Part shown: positions 36,864-50,521 of the stretch, one piece after another
How positions within the stretch are numbered: the stretch's first letter is position 1
Layout: the number at the start of each line of letters is the position of its first letter
Assembly: GCA_020891255.1 (NCBI GenBank)
Contig: BQFW01000008.1
Location: 992,001-1,056,000 of the forward strand
Direction: 5' to 3'
Source: Entomortierella parvispora E1425
Lineage: Eukaryota > Fungi > Mortierellomycota
DNA: 64,000 nucleotides
Translations under genes and position numbers: made by a program
Notes under the pieces: generated by a model
Databases searched by the model: none
What the model was told of the DNA's origin: nothing
What the model saw: the letters and a program-made list of their open reading frames with translations, nothing else

Positions 36864-39699
36864 ATGTTTGCCTCCTCCACCACCACGCAGTCGCCCATAC
36901 ACCGCTCCCTGCCGCAGGCCTACGCCGAGATCCTGAATGATCTGAATCAAAAGGTCATATCTGCCCAGCCCCAGGACGTGCTCCAGTTCTGTGCAAACTA
37001 CTTCAACAAGAAGCTGGAGGATCAGCGCATCCGATTCCTTGCAGCAGGTAAGATGGAGTGTCAGCACGAAAGGGGTGATTATGGACGGATGGGATGGATG
37101 AAGGGTGAACTTCAGGAGACGGTCCTGGACCCTTACGAAGCTGCTTCCCCACCTACTCACCCTGACCCCGAGGATAAACATGCTCAGCGTATTTGCCTTC
37201 TGGCCTTGGTGAGCGAGTGCATGTGGATAATGGGCAGAGTGAACGGAGAGTGTGTATCTCAGAGCACTGCTCGACACATGGTGTGGTGTTTATTATTATT
37301 AACTGCAACAGCAATAGAGCAGCGAGAGCGACTCAACGAGCATTGAGCAGCAGCAGCAAGCAGCAACAGCAGCGGCAAAGAAAATATTTTCCCTCTTCCT
37401 TTTCCTTCCTCCGTTCCTTCGCTATCGCTGTCTGCTTGTCCGTATCTCGCTCTTTCTCCTGCCCCTCTCTGTGCCCATGGTCCATCCTTCCTGGGCTGCC
37501 ACATGTCGGGCGTGGATACAGCTGAGCTCAAAGTCATATTTGAGCAGCAGATGGTGACATGCATACTTTGCCACGCCACTGACAAACACGCACTCACAAA
37601 CACACTGTCGACAACGACAAGGGACCGGACCTTTTTTGCCATGCACACACAAACAACGTGGCCGGACGGACATGGTGTCATTTCTTGGGATCGTGTGTAT
37701 TCTTTTTTTATGTTTTGTGTTTGATGGGTCGGGCTTATTGCGATTGGACTTCAGATTATTGCAACTGCCATACCACATCCATCCTCTTTCACCCTCTGTG
37801 CTGATGCCATGCATGGCCATCCGAGCTAGCCCTCCACCGTACCGGTCCCCTTGCTCTCCAGTCTGTCTCTGGACTACTCACTCTTGAATATATTGTGTTC
37901 CTGCAGTGTGGTACCTCCCTATTCATCATCGCTTCTTGGATACAATTTCATCCATCCTCATTAATTGATGTCTCGCTCTCCCAACTACCAACCTCTGTAT
38001 CTCACTCACTCACTCACTCACTCACTCACTCTCCTGCCTGGCACTCTACTCCTGTCCCACGCGCTCTCTTATATCTTTTCTTGTTCGCCCTGGTTGTATT
38101 TTTTCTTCCGTTTTTCTTTCTCAGAAATGGAAACAAGAGAGCATGCCAACGGACTTTTGTTATGTTTTTTTTTTGTTTGTTTTCTTTTCTTTTTTTTCTT
38201 TTTCTCTTTTCTGGCACTGTGCCATCTATATTTACTGGGAATCAAAGTGAACGATGGATACAATCTTTTTTTTGGACTGTCCATTGTGGTATTGAAAAAA
38301 AATACTAAAACCACTGGTTTCTAACATTTACCTGCCTGTCTATTCCTATGTGATCTTTTAGCCAGGGCTGCTCCCCAGCAAAACAGAGAGGTTCCTCAAT
38401 TCCTTCCCGCTTTGGTTCCCCCAACGCTCTCTGTGTCGTCACCCAAGATCTCCCATGCTGCTACGCCTGCAGCTTCAAGTCCTGACCACTCGATGGAGAG
38501 CGACACTGACACAGATAGCGATGATGATGAGGAGGACGAAGCTCTGGAAGATCCTAGTCCGCTCCTGTCCATGCCCGCCAACTACATGCGTGGCCGTCGC
38601 ACATCTGTGAGTGCTGAAAGCATGGTTCCCAGCCATCAAAACTATGTCAAGACTGTCATCCCAAAGACGCCAGAGCAGCGCAAGCGTATTGAACTGTCAA
38701 TTGCTAGCAACTTCTTGTTCAAGAACCTTGATGAGGACCAGCACGAGGACGTTGTTAATGCAATGGCTGAGAAGCGCTTCAGGAGTCGAGAGAACGTGAT
38801 TGAACAAGGAGCTGTCGGTGACTTTTTCTATGTGGTCGAGACAGGCACGCTGGACGTCTTTGTGGCCAAGAACGGCAACGCTGCCGAAAAGGTCTTTGAA
38901 TATGGACCAGGAGGAAGCTTTGGAGAACTGGCTCTCATGTACAACGGTCCCCGTGCGGCGACAGTCACCGCCACCTCTGATGTCGTCCTCTGGGCGTTGG
39001 ATCGAATCACTTTCCGTCGAATTTTGATGGAAAACACCTCAAGGAAAAGACGAATGTACGAAGCATTCTTGGAGACGGTGCCATTGCTTGTCTCCCTTGA
39101 GCCCTATGAGCGCCACAAAATCGCAGATGCACTGGAGTCCGTTTACTTCGAGGATGGTCAGAACGTTGTACGACAAGGTGATCAAGGCGACAACTTTTTC
39201 ATCATTGAGACAGGAGAGGCTACAGTGACGAAGTGCAGCGAGGAAGGCGAGGAGTTCCCAATGCCTGGACTTGGGCCTGGACAATACTTTGGAGGTAAAG
39301 TACAAGGCTAAATGTACAACTGCCTTTCTATAGCACCAGATCAAGCCACTGACAACTTTTGTTTTCTCGTTTCTAGAACTGGCTCTTTTGAATGACATGC
39401 CTCGCGCAGCAACCGTTCAGGCCAAGGGTAGACTGAAGTGCGCTACTCTCGGAAAGCGCGCGTTTGTTCGTCTGCTTGGGCCCGTGGTGGAAATTATCAA
39501 GCGAAACAGTGTCAACTATCAGACGATTGAACAGCAGATCCAACAGCACCAGCAACAGCTTGTTCCTTCCTCCTCCGCCTCAGCTTCTCCAGCTCTCTCA
39601 TCAGCACAAGCACCTACACTAGCATCCTCTCCATCCCCGGCCTCGGCAACCCTTCCCTTCTCACAGCAACAGCAGCAACCTCAGCTCAGCCTCATCTAA
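36864..39699 (+). CDS. PKAR: cAMP-dependent protein kinase regulatory subunit; introns 37048-38361 and 39295-39376
   Basis: D/D domain [32 protein letters not shown]; inhibitory site [11 protein letters not shown]; [19 protein letters not shown]; CNB-B QYFG|[13 protein letters not shown]. Confidence 0.95.
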
Positions 39700-42262
39700 A
39701 TCTCGCCAAGATATAAGGAGGACCAGCATCGATGTACAAAAGCAAGGGGAGATCCCCCAGGAGATGCCGAAAAAACAGATCAACCATCAAAATAATACCT
39801 TGCCGGCTGCGCCTCTTCACCTCGATGGATGTAGAACCAGCAGGAAAAGAAAATATACGATCGACAAGCCCCACCACCCACCATCAGAAACCCAGCACTA
39901 AGTTTTTTTTTTGTTTAGCAATACCTTCTTTTTTATCATACATATACTAGTCATACAATATTCTTCATAAACATTCATTATACCAACCACGACAGTTTTT
40001 TTTTTTTTTTTTTTTGGCATTGGAAGCAAACTCAGAGCAAATTTAAAGGACCATTGGTTTTTATTACTAAACTCTCGATCTCATAATACGTGGTCGTCCT
40101 TACCTTGAATAACTGATGATCTCAAATCACTTGGCCTAGAGAGACAGAAAAAGAGAAAGGCGCCTGCCTCCAGCCGCTGAGATGAGCTCGTTTTGGGTTT
40201 TCTACCGTGACAAAGGCAAATGAAAGACTGTTAATTCACTGGATCTTTCTCGTATTCTCGATCGATCAAATATAGCACCCAAGCCCAAGGTGAAAGAGAG
40301 AAGACGCTCCAGGAAACAAGAACGACGGCTTCGTATCATATCAGAATTAACTATCTTTTCCCAGTTAAATCAACATAGTTGTGTCTGATGTCCCTAACTA
40401 TATTATCATCATTTGATACAGCCCTCGTCTTCTTTGTTTTGTTTTGGATGACATCCTCTCTCTCTCTCTCTCTTGAAGGTAGGCTGGCGAGGAATGGAAG
40501 ATAAAAATGAATAGAAAACTTACTCGTTGGGAGACGTAGAGGCGAAACCAGTCCCGTTCCTTGTTTGGCATCGGGTTTGGCTCAGTGACAGGTCAAAGAC
40601 CAACGCGACCGTTATGTTCTGCCCAGGATCTGTCTCCTCCCATGGGCATGCTCAGGATAGGCTCAACGTCCAACTCTATGTTGTCCTCTGCCTCGATCAC
40701 GTCAGGTTCAACATAAATGTCGGATCCAACGTCCCTTCAGCCTATCCATTGCCTATCTGCCCATGAGTGGACCCCTCGTGTGCAAAACAAACGCGTCGTT
40801 ATGGTCTGTGAGATGATGTTGAATTACCAAAATAGAAATCTAAACGTGAACTGCAAAAGGACCAAAAGGCTGGTTAGATATCAAATCGTCAACAGACCAG
40901 AGAAATAGAGGACCCAAAGAGAAAGGGGAAGGTGGGTAGGGTATTTTCAGATATTTTCTACTATCTATCCCGTTAAGTTCAGCATCTGCCCGAAGGCATG
41001 CAGATGTCCCTAACAGTTTATCATCATTGTTGTACTTTTTTTTTATTCTGCTGGTGTGGATGTTTGTTCTGAAGAATATAGTTCTCACTTACGTTTAATT
41101 TTAGATGCAATGTAGGTAAAGGTAGGGAATAGGGTGAGGAAGGGAATGAGAGAAGGGAAAGGGAGGGAGGAAGGGGAGAAGAAGTGGAACGAGAAAGTTT
41201 TTCACTTTGTATTGTTTTTTTTGTCTCGATCCAGAACAAAAAAGAAAAAAATTCATCAAACGCGTCCCAGTCACGGAAGAGAAAATCATCGCAAATACAG
41301 CAACGGTCAAGGTCTTTTAAGGGGTTGCGCGCGGAGTGACAACCTGAGTTTTGGGCCGACGGCTGCGGCAAAAGAGGAACAATGGAGCGAAAGAAAAGAA
41401 CCGGATGGATAGCGGCTGAATATGGTTATCGAGAAGGTACGGAAGGGTAAAGAGTCGAAACTTGAGATGCGATGGATAAGAATCCTCTGCGCGTGGAAAC
41501 ACGAGAAGCGAAACCTGGAACGGGACCAAAACAGTGGTCCAAAAAAAAAAAAAAAAAAAAAGAATACAGAAGAGGCAGGGGAAGCGGGTCAGAAGAGCAC
41601 GATGCCAAGTCGAGTGACCCACACAGAAAGGAATCTTGTGCTCTGTGTGAACTTCCTCCAAAATGACCTTCTCTCGCTCGCCATCTCAGAACTGCCTACA
41701 GTGGACGCTGACTTGGAGGGGAGGATACGATCACGTTTATCGATCTTGCCATCGGATAAGAACTACTCAGCTTGAAGGAGTTCGAAGATGGAGAAGAACG
41801 TGCTCTGGGGTTTAGAGAAGATCCACGCCTGCTTTGAAAGACAGAAATGACTATTGTGACAAGAACAAGATGAACAGGGTCTTCACCCTCGAAAGACACA
41901 ACAACAGAACGGCCCTAGAAAAAAAAAACACGGGCACCCTTTTTGAAGACAAGAACGGTGTCATCTCAGCCGCGTTGGAGGAAAGCCCCGCCAGACATCA
42001 AATAAACGAACATTCCTACTTTGCCTTGATTCTCACTTTACATTCTGATGTACTTTGCAATGTGGGTTGGTCATGATATATTTACAATGGTCATGTCTCC
42101 TTCATGTCTATCTAATGAGTTTCGTTGCTGGGGTATGATGGAAGGAGAAGAAGGGTATATGAAAAGGCGGTTTTGGTAACCCGCCAATTCGTTTTTGGGA
42201 GGGGTGTGGACTATGTTCAGGTGTATGTGTTGTGTGTATGTAAAGAGTGAGACCTCTTGGCT

Positions 42263-43143
42263 TTAGGGGCTGCGCTTCAACATTCTCGAGACAAGCTTGA
42301 AGTGCTGCTTGGCCTTGAGGCGCCACGAGCTTCCATCATGATCATGAGACTTTTCAGAATCAGGCTGGGACTGGGAAGAACCCGCGTTCGAGGCACGCTT
42401 GGCAGCAATGCCCTCGAGGAACATTGGGTAGCTGGAGCACTTCATCAGATCAGTGATCGACTCGCGTGCTTGCTCCAAGACCTGGGGGTGGTAGTTACCC
42501 TCAGCCACGACCCTCAAGAGTTTGCAACGGACGGCATCCGACAAGTTGAGCTCGTGAGGGCTGCTGGGGAGAACAAATGTGTCGAGAATGGCACGCATCT
42601 TGAGCTGGAGATCGGTGAAGGCTCGCAATTGGGAAGCGTTCAGGTGCTGGGCAGAATCTGTATGCAGATTGAACAAGGGAGTTGACTGCTGGACAGACTG
42701 GTAGAGAGACTGTGCGCACAACTAAAAGAAGGAAAAAAAGTGAACTTCAGGGTTAGGACACTAGGAACTATCTGCTTGAAAGAGCGCTTGGTACACTATG
42801 CAGCCAATGACGAATAGTTTACCTTGTATTGTCTAGAGGCGAGCCAGAAGGCCAAGTTTTCGTAGCAGAACTGGGATTGGAGAAAAGCCCCAAAGCTGTC
42901 GAGCGTGTATTGACCACGTCCCTGGTTGAGGAGGATTTGATGAAGAGAGGGTCGGTTCATGGGCGAATCGTCCTCGTCTGAGGAGAGGCGTGAGTCAAAG
43001 CTGGAGACTGAGCGACGGTTCTTGTGAGAGGAGGCGTGCGAGAAGTATTGAGGCGATGGTGGGCTGAGAGGGATCGATGACCTTTGGTGCATCGTTGGTC
43101 CCTCGAAGGAGCCAGCTGTGGAAAGAGAAACTGTGGTGGGCAT
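42263..43143 (-). CDS. Small RGS-domain protein; intron 42722-42822
   Basis: FGAFLQSQFCYENLAFWL, FVLPSSPHELNLSD, ARESITDLMKCSSYPMFL match the RGS box; TATAAAA on minus strand near 43433-43439. Confidence 0.85.
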
Positions 43144-46100
43144 CGTGTGGAAGAGTCGCTTCAGGCGTGTGTTTTTGGTGTTTGTTGCGGTTGAGTTGCT
43201 GGTTTTCGAGAAAGCGAAGGTGTGAGCAAGAGCTGTTTGTGAGAGTTGTTACAAGAGTACAGAATGAATCGAGTGTGGTATGATGAAGAGAGTGTGTGTG
43301 GGCAAAAGTGAACAAAGAGGCAGGACGAAAAACAGCAAAGCAAAGGTAAGGAAAAAAACAGAAGCAAAGGTGTGGGTATTCAGTGTGAAAAGCGAAAAAA
43401 GAAAGGGGGAAGGACGAACAAGTGAGGATCTTTTATAAGACAGGGCAGACTGGACAGCTAGGGACAGGGGTCCAGCAATTGAATGAATGAATAGAAAGGA
43501 GAAATGAAAAACAATTTCAACGGGGCTGACAGAATAGCGCAGATTAAGGTTGGTCTGTGGACTGAATTGAAGTTGCAAAGTGAATAGGTCCGGTCACAAC
43601 TCAACTTTGTTCAGGCACGGCAGGGCGAAGGGGACAGAACAACGTGGAAGGAAACGATGTCAAACCGGTTGCTGCGTGCGTGCTCAATTGATTTGCCGGT
43701 GGCTGTATTCTAAAGGAGTTGCGAGCTGTGACCCGCCTGACCAGAGTCGTGAATCGTTCTTTTCCCTTCTCTGACTCCTATCTGGTCCGCCTCACTGCCT
43801 GCCTTGCAAACAAACAAAATCATCCAGCCTCTGCCGTCATTTTTCATTTTTCTTTGCTGTCCGCCTTTGTTTGTGCTTGCAATCGTGCACCTATTAAAAG
43901 CGGTATGGCTGCAAGCAGTAACAGTCCGGGAGCGTCTGTTGTTTCCGCCATGCCTTCGGTAAGCAAAGGCAGATCGAGGCCCAAACGTCGCTCAAAAAAA
44001 GGGGGTGGGGTAGGGGTGTTCAAGCTGCAGGTCGACGGTTAGGAAATGAAAAAGTGGCATGGACTGAGATTCTACATTCGTCGCCATATTTTGATTGAGG
44101 TCCACAAGTGATGATGCCATCTTTGCAATCGCCGCGGTCATTACCACATCCAATTCCTGGCTCTTTTTCCCTCCTTCTGGCAACATTGACAGGGTAGCGG
44201 GATCTAAAGCCCTGTGTCCTTTTGCCTACTTTTAAAACAGGATTGCGACAGCGCGCCTTTTCTCAGTAGGCTTGTGCAACCACTGAGGGGTTTGTCATTG
44301 CTCGTGAAGACGAGGGATTAAAAAACAAGGCAGGGGCAGCAGCAGTAGGAGATATAAAAAGTTTGCTATGCTCATGACATTATCGAGACTCGCGCGCACT
44401 AACCACTGGTCTTGCTGCACCAGTCGTTGGAAGTCGAGTCTGCCTTGGGTATGCAGGACAGGCTCAATCTTTTGCCCTCTCAGCGTCCTGGCCACGTAGA
44501 AGAACGATGCACGCGGAAAAGTACATGCTCCCATGAGAGCCACAGATACAAAAGAAAGTGGATAGCGTGTTTCCTAAAAGATACGAATGCACGATCCGGG
44601 GCCTCCTTTCCCATGAGCACCATGGACATCTGAATCTCAAGCAAGACCGTGTAATTCCTCACTGGGAAGTCTTGCTTTTTCGGTAAGGGGGTTGACTTGC
44701 TACCCTGTTACTCATCCCATGGTATCACTCTTTGTATATATGAGCTGGGTCACTGACACACCGTATCTTCGTTTCCCGCTCCCTTTGCTGACCTTTTACT
44801 GTGGCAATGCTCCGGTTATAAATGGAACGCGGATCTCATAAGACAAACAGCTGTGGGTTGTGTTGGATCCACGAGAGAAAAGCAAATGGACCAGCTCACG
44901 GCTTTGCCACTTTTAGTCAGCCAGGTCCCTGACTTTGGAGTTTTCTCACGGCGCAGCTGACTATTTTGGAGGAGGTGGCTGGACCCACCGTTCGCTATGT
45001 TCCTGAGGGTTTAGAAAGACAGACAAACATAGATGAGGAGAAAAGCCCGATCTGCCAGCCAAGACGTCCCTCTCCACCCTTTCGTGCCCTTTCCAGCGGG
45101 GCTGCCAAGAAGCAAAAAAAAAAAAAAAAAAAAAAAAAGACACAGCCTGATGACCAACAACTGTTTCACAGCAGAGTCGGGAAACCACGTTTTCTTCACT
45201 CGTAGCTGTTGGTTCCGAATAGCCGACAATCACCTTTTAAACAGAGTCCTCGCCCCGCTGGGGGTCATCGTCAGTCACCAAGCAAACGTGGTAGTGAACA
45301 ACAACAGACATCGGCGTCAACCTCTTTTGATCTGTGACAATTGACCTCAATGGCGAATATAAGCTCAGAGAGGAGAGCTTTTGGCTGCGGGCGGGCGTGA
45401 AGACTTTCGATCCCCTTCTTTTTGCAAGCGGTGAGATCACAGCGATGCTGCGTCCCTCTGGTGCCCTTGAAAACTAAGAGAGAGAGAAAAAAAAGAGGGT
45501 ACATTCACTAGAAGCCAGGGATCGAGCTTGTTTGTGATCTAATACCTCCAAGGGACAACTCACAAAAGCTCCTGTCCACCAGCCAGCCCCGCCTGTCATT
45601 TGTCTCCCTGCTGTCATCATCGCCACCCCTTTTGGGAACAATTGTCGACAGAAGTATCAAGATAAAAAAGAGTCATGTTGCTCCTGGGGGTGCTGTGAGT
45701 TGCTGCTGTTGACGAATATTTTTGTCTTTTTTTCTTTCAGGTACCCCAATCAGATCGCAGCTGTTTGTCATCCAGCCCAGTGTCGTGCCCTCAGTCATTC
45801 CCAAGATAGGAGACAAAAACAAGGAAAGAAAAAAAAAGGTTTTACAGGTGACCTCACTGGCAGCGAGACTGACACATCCATCAGATTTTTTTTTCCTAAC
45901 CCGGTCCTGGGGGCTGTTTGACAGGTCCAGTGTTGGATCTGTTTGTTTGTTCGATTTCAGGGCCCTGAACAAGAATAGATGCGGTGGGCCACGATCCCAG
46001 ATCCATCAAAAAAAAGTATCGGGGATCAGAGTGTGGGTCTCCTTGCTGTTTCTGTCAGTGTTCATAAAGACTGTTGAACTGTTGCCAACACAGTGATTTG

Positions 46101-49100
46101 AACACTCTGTGACCCTTATGTCTCATTGTATGCGTGAGGGCTTATGTCATTCCCACGCAGGCAGGCGTTTGCGAGGTGTTTTCATACAAAGACGACCAAA
46201 ACTTGGAAAGAGGTAAAAAAACCTCACCTCACTGTCAAAAAGAGCGCAATGAGGGAAATATATTCTCAAGTGGGGTGCATATACCCACGCCAATCAACCA
46301 CACCTTGCGCTTACTCGTGTGCCTGTTGGTTCAACGGGTCAAACACAGCAGTTCATTTTTCTCTCTCTTGGAAGATACATGGATACAGCGGGAGCAAGGA
46401 CGAACGTGCGCCTGCATCTGCATCTGCTGAGAAAGAAAAAAAAGGCGAGAGAGAGCTGTGTGGCCGTTCTGACCAACCGACAACACAACGCACTGGTAGG
46501 ATATTAAAAGACGTTCTCAGCTTCAACCCCTATCGCCCTTTGAAAAGAAGAACACCACTCGCCCATTGCACAACGATGGGACATCTCAAACAAACAGGCA
46601 AACGTTTTGCCGAGAGATGTTCTCTGTGACCAAACACAGACGTTGCATCCACGTCTGTGTGTTTGCGTGTCTGTGGTATCTATGTGTCACAGGAAGTTGG
46701 TTGGGCTGCGTTTGTCGTTGTTTTTGTGTTCAAGGTTGGGGAAACCCATGACCTCTGTGGCCAGAGGATAACGCACGTTATCCCAAACATCAGAATGGGC
46801 GCTCCACCGAGCAAAAAGAGCCAGAGATAAAACGTGCTGGTAGTCCCAGGTGGTGTGAGCGAATACATATGATAACGTGGGGCGATGACCTGGGGCCTGG
46901 GAACGACAGAGACTGCTCTTCCCTCTTGCAACCTCTTCTACTGGTTACCCGCTCACAACTACAGTACGCGATTTAGAGTATTGTAGACGATAGTACCATC
47001 ATCAGGGTACATCTCCCCAACTCCAGTCTCTCTGTTCTTTATTTTTTTTTCATTGACCGCGTTCCTTTACCTCCATTGATATTCCCCCCAAGTGAATGTG
47101 CTGGCAACCTTTTGCATGAGCACTTGAATGGCTTCTAGTGAAGGGAGAGAAAGGTTGTTTTTTTGCTCCGCCAACCCCACCTCCCTTTTTTCAGAGAGAG
47201 AGTAACTAAGATGAATCGTTATCAGATTCTTCGTGTAGCAAATAAGACGCCATCACGGCATCGCAAGTCTGGAGAGGGTTGCGGTGTTGTAGATCTCTCA
47301 AAAGAGGCTGAGATTCAACCCGCGGGCATCAATTGAAGGAGAGAGTGAAGAAGAGGTGTAGCTTTTCTGACCTGAAAATCTAAATGAAGTTGCACGTTCT
47401 CTGGTAAGCAGTGTGTTTGCGGGGATTAGCCTGTTTTCTGGGGAGAGGTGTGTTTATCGCTGCCGACGGTAATATTGGTTAGTTGGACAGGATAGCCATG
47501 GTTTTTTTTTTCTCCACAATGAACCCTTGGTCACCTGCGTCGATATGCACAGACGAAACGACGTGTTTAGGATGAATGGCACACGCCATCTGTGAACAAC
47601 AGACAATGGATGTGAACCTGCCCTTGGAACAGGAGGATGCCGCAATCCAACCAATTGATCTTGTGTGGCTGACATCATTTGAGAAGAGAACTGAAGTGGG
47701 CCTTTCAAGGCACTTGACCAATTTAGGATCACACACAGACACGCACGAAAAAGACAAACACACAAACCGTCGCCTTGAAGTTTGAACAAACAAAAACACA
47801 ATCGACGGGCAGATTGGGCAGAGACAGAGAGACGGCTCTCGATGCTGGGCACGGCAAAGACACGCAAAAGCACGCAAGGTTCCCCTGCAAAAATTTGGTC
47901 ATGAGAGCCACCATCGAGGACAAAAGATGACCGTTGTGAAAAAAAAGAAAAAAGAAAAAAAAAACTCCACTCTTCATTTTGTGCAACCATGGAGAATAGA
48001 AGGAGAGAGTGGAGATCTCTCCAAAAGGCTCACTGCTTTTCCTTTGTGTCTGTTGCCCAAGAGGGGAAGAGAGGGGGAAGGAGGGGGCAGAGAGAGTTGG
48101 CTCTGTTCCCCATGTTTAATTGCATCGAGGTCTTGCATGCATGCATGATCAAGCCGGAAAGAAGTGATGTTGGTCAATGAGCTATGGGTGGGTGCACGAA
48201 ATTGTCACTCTTGCCATCCTCCCATCTTCTGCAGCTCTATACGTCGCTATTGTGCATACTCACGCAACAAGGATAACTGAAGCCTTTACATATAACCTGT
48301 CTAAAAACGTGAGCGAAGCTTGACGCAGGAGAAAAAAACGTGTTGGGCAACTATGAAAGATTGGACCTATGGCAGCTGAATGAATCCGCCGCACTCAATG
48401 TATGCCCCGGACATATTTTGTGGCTGTTAGAGTTGTGGACATCGGACTGGGTGACCAAACAACGAGAACTGAGAAAACTCAAAAAGAACAAACCAGCGAG
48501 CCCACCTGCTGAGCATGGGACAGAGTTGGTGAACGGGATGAGTTGCAGCCTGTCCTCTCTGAAGAAAACCAGCGAGAGCAACAAGGTTTGTGACTCGGTC
48601 GTTCCTTGTGGAGAATGCGACTGTGGAACCAATCACTTCGTTGCCCTGGAGACGAAGGGAAAAATGGTTTTTTTTGTTCCCGCTACTCTGCTTGTTTGCT
48701 CGTTGGGATTGATAATCTCGTCTTCATCTCTCATCCGCCACAAAGGGAAAATCGTGGAGAGATAGAGATGAGCACCAAAGGTAGAGAAAGAGAGCCAACA
48801 ACTGCCATTTCTTCCGGCTGCCTTTGACAGCGACCTTTCCCCGCTTTGTCTGCCAGCCTGGGGGATGGTGGTACAGTGATCAGCCATCAGCGACACACGT
48901 TTGGTTTGTTTGTGAATGCCCCTGCTAAACGGCCAAACGCTTCATTCCACAGAACCATCCGAACCAAACAAAAGCCGCCAGTTCATATCCCGTCGAGAAT
49001 AGACCATAAACACATGCAGGTCGGTACACGCACTGTGCATGTGCTGTACTTGGTTGGGGAAAAAACAAATGCATGGGAAAAAGACCTCCTTGTCAACGCC

Positions 49101-50521
49101 CCTGATAGGGAGTGGTCAAAAGGGGGAAGCATGGAGGATAAGGGTTCAGCCCCAAACCTGTCGCGACCCGTCCTTTTGTTGTCTACACATTCCATGAACG
49201 TCATTCCGTTCTCGCGCGCGCTTTTGGATGTCCAGAGTCCACACAGGATGAAGGAAGTAACCCGCAACTTTATTTACACGTCGTTTCTCTACAAAGTTGC
49301 AACAATAGGACATTTTCGATTTCGGCCCTTTTGTTCAACCTTCAACGTCAGCGATCAGAAGAACCGCGTGTGGTTCACAACCAGGAGCGGGGCCCAACTT
49401 TCATACTTGAAGATCGCAGCACTGTTACAAAACGGCACCGGAGAAAAATGTGAGGCTGAGGCAGAGTTTGGTGGATCAGCAAGGTAAGGGTAAAAAAAAA
49501 GACGGGAACTGGTTGGTGTGAGTGGGGAGGTAGTCCATGGGTTGAAACATTCCTCTTCACCAAACCGCCAAAAGAATTCAGAAACGTTTATATTTTTATC
49601 CGGGATGTCAGGCCTAAAACCTTCTCGCTGAACTAGAGGTACTGTACCGTAGATCGACGACAGTCAAAAGGGCAAAACCATAGCTGTCAACTGAACACCG
49701 TGGATCACCCATTGGACCTAGGAGATCCATGGACAAAGCGTGGTTCAGAGTGTAGAACAAGAGGAGAGGGAAATCGTGCCCAAAGTCAAGATTGGATCCC
49801 CCAGTGCCAAAGGAGAAGCTTTGGCGAAAGCCAAAAATGAAGAAAAGAGAGGCGAGGCAAAGGACAGTGCAAAGCGCACTGGGCATTTTTGAAAGACAGC
49901 GAACGTTTACTCCAACAACCTTTCGCGTTCGTCTTTTTTCAGCTCTGATCCTGTTCCAAATGGTTTTGGATTCAACCGCTCAAATCTTTTTGAATGAAGA
50001 GGGCCATGCGTTTCGATGCAACGCCTTAAGTGAACTCTATCGACCTTGACTTTTGTCCGTTTTTTTTTTTTTTTTTTTTTTAATCTTGGCTCGGTGGAAT
50101 GCTTTCAGTATTGGGAGATCCCCCACCTTCCAATGATTCCTTTCTGTCCTATCTTCAATACACGAAGAAAACTTTAACAGAGCCGGATTGTCATTCCTCT
50201 AGCACATCGCCAACAAGCGAGGAACGCGCTGTCTTGAAGATCATGATGTCTAGCAGGCAGGGCCAACTCACGTCTATAGATCCATACTCGCGCAGCGCGT
50301 TTGATGTGTCAATCCAGACGATCCAAAGCACCGGCCTCTTACAACCTCGAACATTTCACCACACAACTTCTGACTGAACGACTGGTAATGTTTTTATTGT
50401 ATGCCCAGCGTGATAATAAATACAAATTGAAAGGGAGGGGGTGCGGGGAAGTAAGCGATTTCTTTTTTTGGTGGCGTTGTGGGGCCGGATTTGCAGTTGT
50501 AAAAACGTGATCCAAGTTTTT

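Noticed and set aside
40500-41900. Coding-looking fragments between PKA-R and RGS
   Set aside because: Interrupted by stops in all frames and no recognisable family
46680-46931. 83-aa ORF with one hydrophobic stretch
   Set aside because: Non-ATG start, no consistent exon partner, no homology recognised
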